This document shows positions 57,963 through 60,117 of a stretch of 60,117 nt of DNA, one piece after another. The translations under genes were made by a program, and so were the position numbers. Source of the DNA: Bacilli bacterium (GTDB taxonomy: Bacteria > Bacillota_I > Bacilli_A > RF39 > UBA660); NCBI GenBank assembly GCA_017432645.1, contig JAFRIU010000032.1, positions 1 to 60,117 of the forward strand, read 5' to 3'. The notes beneath the pieces are model-generated. The model had not been told where the DNA came from. It did no database searches and saw nothing but the letters and a program-made list of their open reading frames with translations. Position 1 is the stretch's first letter, and each line of letters begins with the position of its first letter.

Positions 57963-59204
57963 TTATTTTTGATTCCATGTTACTTTAAAAGTAGTATATC
58001 CATCACTAGAATGTGCTTTTATTTCTCCACCGTGTTTTGTTACGATATTCTTAGCAATAGCCAGTCCTAGACCATAGTTATTTGAGTTTCTATTTCTTGA
58101 AGTATCTACCTTGTAGAATCTTTCAAATATCTTCTCTTCATCTTCTTTTCTAATTGGTAGTCCTGTATTTTTTACTTCCAGAATAATTTGTTTATTCTTT
58201 TTATAAAGATCTACTATGACTTTTCCTTTTTCCTCACAATGTTTAATGGCATTATCTATTAAAATACTCATTAATTCTATGATTAGATTTTCATTACATA
58301 GCATTTCAATATTTGGTTCTATATCATATTTTAGTTTTAATTTATTATCATAGAATAGACTTTCAAACGTTAGGATAGATCCTTCTATAATATCGGATAA
58401 ATTGTTTTGTTCCATCATGATGTCTTGTTCTTCCTCTGTCTTGGCAAGATCTAATAATTCCGTTACCAATTGAATCATTCTTTCCGATTCATTTTTCATA
58501 TTTTTTACCCATTTATCATTTTTATCATTGAAATAAGCATCTGCACTGGCAATCATTACAGATAGTGGAGTCTTTAATTCATGGGATGCATCTGCAACAA
58601 AGATTTTTTGTTTTTCAAAGGAATTCTTTACTGGTGTAATAATCCACTTGGTTAAGAAGTATGCAATAATGAATATTACTATTTCACATATTAGTAATAA
58701 AAATATATTGGAAAGTAACTGGTTTACTAGTACTTTATTTAATTCTGTATTATCCATAATAATTAGAGTATTGCCCTTAGTAAAAGTATAAGCATATTTA
58801 CTGGTATATAGATTTCCAACATAGAAATCACTTTTATGATTATGAATGATATTATTCGCAATCTTTTCTATCGTTTCTTCATCTAATTCATCATTATTGG
58901 TGTGATTGATTACTTCTTTATAGTTTCCTTCTTCATCTAATACTATGGTATAAATTGTGAAATCTAGATAGATTCTTCTTGGATCTTGATCTGGAGTCCT
59001 CATTGTTGGTATAAAGTCAGGATCTTTTTTCTCCTCTTTTTTCTCTGAATTTTCTATTGTTCTTGGTATTTTAGTAAGCATATCTGAGATGGTATTTTTT
59101 CTTTCCATGTATGTCTTTGTCGTAGAAGTTATGAAGACCATGAATGTGAATAGCGTCAATAGAAAGAAAATAACACAAAAGACTTTATTCTTTAACTTTT
59201 TCAT
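57963..59204 (-). CDS. Sensor histidine kinase (CiaH-like)
   Basis: Two TMs, FVADASHELKTPL, DNAIKH, IFERFY, GLGLAIA. Confidence 0.95.
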   Translation of the reverse strand: MKKLKNKVFCVIFFLLTLFTFMVFITSTTKTYMERKNTISDMLTKIPRTIENSEKKEEKKDPDFIPTMRTPDQDPRRIYLDFTIYTIVLDEEGNYKEVINHTNNDELDEETIEKIANNIIHNHKSDFYVGNLYTSKYAYTFTKGNTLIIMDNTELNKVLVNQLLSNIFLLLICEIVIFIIAYFLTKWIITPVKNSFEKQKIFVADASHELKTPLSVMIASADAYFNDKNDKWVKNMKNESERMIQLVTELLDLAKTEEEQDIMMEQNNLSDIIEGSILTFESLFYDNKLKLKYDIEPNIEMLCNENLIIELMSILIDNAIKHCEEKGKVIVDLYKKNKQIILEVKNTGLPIRKEDEEKIFERFYKVDTSRNRNSNNYGLGLAIAKNIVTKHGGEIKAHSSDGYTTFKVTWNQK

Positions 59205-59880
59205 CTTCTACCTCCAACACATATCCCATATTACGAATGGCTTTTAGATTGATTTTTGATTTTACTAATTTTAATTTTTTTCGAACAAAAGAAATATATG
59301 CTTCTAAAGTATTAATATCACATTCTGTATCATAACCCCATATTTTCACAAATATTTGTTCTTTTTCCATGACTTGATTAGCATGATTCATCAATAATTC
59401 TAGGAGTTGAAATTCTTTGCCAATGATTTTTACTTTGTGATCTTCATTTTTATTGCATAATTCCATCGTCTTAATATTTAAAATGATGTCTCCTAATTCC
59501 ATTGCATCACTAGAAATGTTATTGGTCTTTCGAAGTTGGACATTTACTCTAGCCATTAATTCTTCCATGTGAAATGGTTTTGTTAGATAATCATCCGCTC
59601 CATTATTGAAGCCTATCATTTTATCATCAATGGTATTTTTTGCCGTCAACATCAAAATCTTTGAATTAATCTTTTCTTCTCTTAATTCTTTTAGAATTTC
59701 AAAACCATTTTTATGAGGTAACATTACATCTAATATAATTAGATCATAAATACCTGTTAAAGCTTCTTCTAGACCATCTTCTCCATCCGTTTGAATTTCT
59801 ACACTATACTTTTTAGACTTTAGCATACTAGAGATGGCATCCGCTAAATTATACTCATCTTCAATTATCAGTATTTTCAT
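59185..59880 (-). CDS. OmpR-family response regulator (CiaR-like)
   Basis: IIEDE, ILDVMLP, GADDYLTKPF, winged-helix ...AIRNMGY. Confidence 0.95.
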   Translation of the reverse strand: MKILIIEDEYNLADAISSMLKSKKYSVEIQTDGEDGLEEALTGIYDLIILDVMLPHKNGFEILKELREEKINSKILMLTAKNTIDDKMIGFNNGADDYLTKPFHMEELMARVNVQLRKTNNISSDAMELGDIILNIKTMELCNKNEDHKVKIIGKEFQLLELLMNHANQVMEKEQIFVKIWGYDTECDINTLEAYISFVRKKLKLVKSKINLKAIRNMGYVLEVEDEKVKE

Positions 59881-59898
59881 TCCAATCACCACAACTTA

Positions 59899-59931
59899 AA
59901 AATATACTAAGAAACTTAAATCAAGCTGAAA
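59899..59931 (-). promoter_or_regulatory. Response-regulator box promoter 1 (autoregulatory)
   Basis: TTTCAG-CTTGA-TTTAAG-N10-TATTTT. Confidence 0.68.
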
Positions 59932-59956
59932 AACTATTTCTATTATATCTAGCTTC

Positions 59957-60115
59957 TTAATGCTTATGATTATGATGATCCATTTCTGTGTGCCCAGATA
60001 AACCATATTTATGAGATGTAGGATCTTCAAAAATAAAGTTCTTTAATGGATGAAATGTGAAGGTTAGATAAACTCCCATTTCTAGAAGCAATAATATGTA
60101 GCTTAAATAAGTATA
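59957..60115 (-). CDS. 3' end of a membrane protein (DUF6512-like) with His-rich tail; starts outside the window
   Basis: Manual translation ...LTFTFHPLKNFIFEDPTSHKYGLSGHTEMDHHNHKH*. Confidence 0.65.
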   Translation of the reverse strand, partial: YTYLSYILLLLEMGVYLTFTFHPLKNFIFEDPTSHKYGLSGHTEMDHHNHKH

Positions 60116-60117
60116 TA

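Noticed and set aside
1-60117. CRISPR array, tRNA, rRNA, IS or integrase
   Set aside because: No regularly spaced direct repeats, cloverleaf or rRNA-like segments, or transposase/recombinase ORFs were seen; intergenic gaps are short

Overview
AT-rich bacterial chromosome segment using genetic code 11 (TGA is a stop; prfB is present), with almost all genes on the minus strand. It has Bacillus-like synteny (prfB-yitT-ftsEX...uvrB...uvrA-yvlD-lgt-yvcK-whiA, clpP, cdaA-cdaR) with several genes missing, plus sporulation genes (SleC-like, YdcC-like, YuzA). This fits a genome-reduced, spore-forming member of the Bacilli, for example an RF39-like gut lineage (inference). No rRNA, tRNA, CRISPR array, integrase or transposase was seen. 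Most notable: (1) an unannotated 28-codon leader ORF with a pyrimidine tract and overlapping terminator before pyrK-pyrD, resembling E. coli pyrBI-type attenuation rather than PyrR control; (2) three identically spaced CiaR-like boxes defining a partly decayed two-component regulon; (3) an array of TCCAC-N7-GTGGA DnaA-box palindromes inside a radical SAM gene; (4) accessory enzyme-like genes (MoxR AAA plus VWA metallopeptidase, methyltransferase-like, phosphoesterase, nucleotidyltransferase, divergent RNase R), several with a similar basic C-terminal tail; (5) an RsgI-like Cys-rich surface protein; (6) a possibly archaeal-type ADP-forming acetate-CoA ligase. All family assignments come from motif recognition, not database searches.
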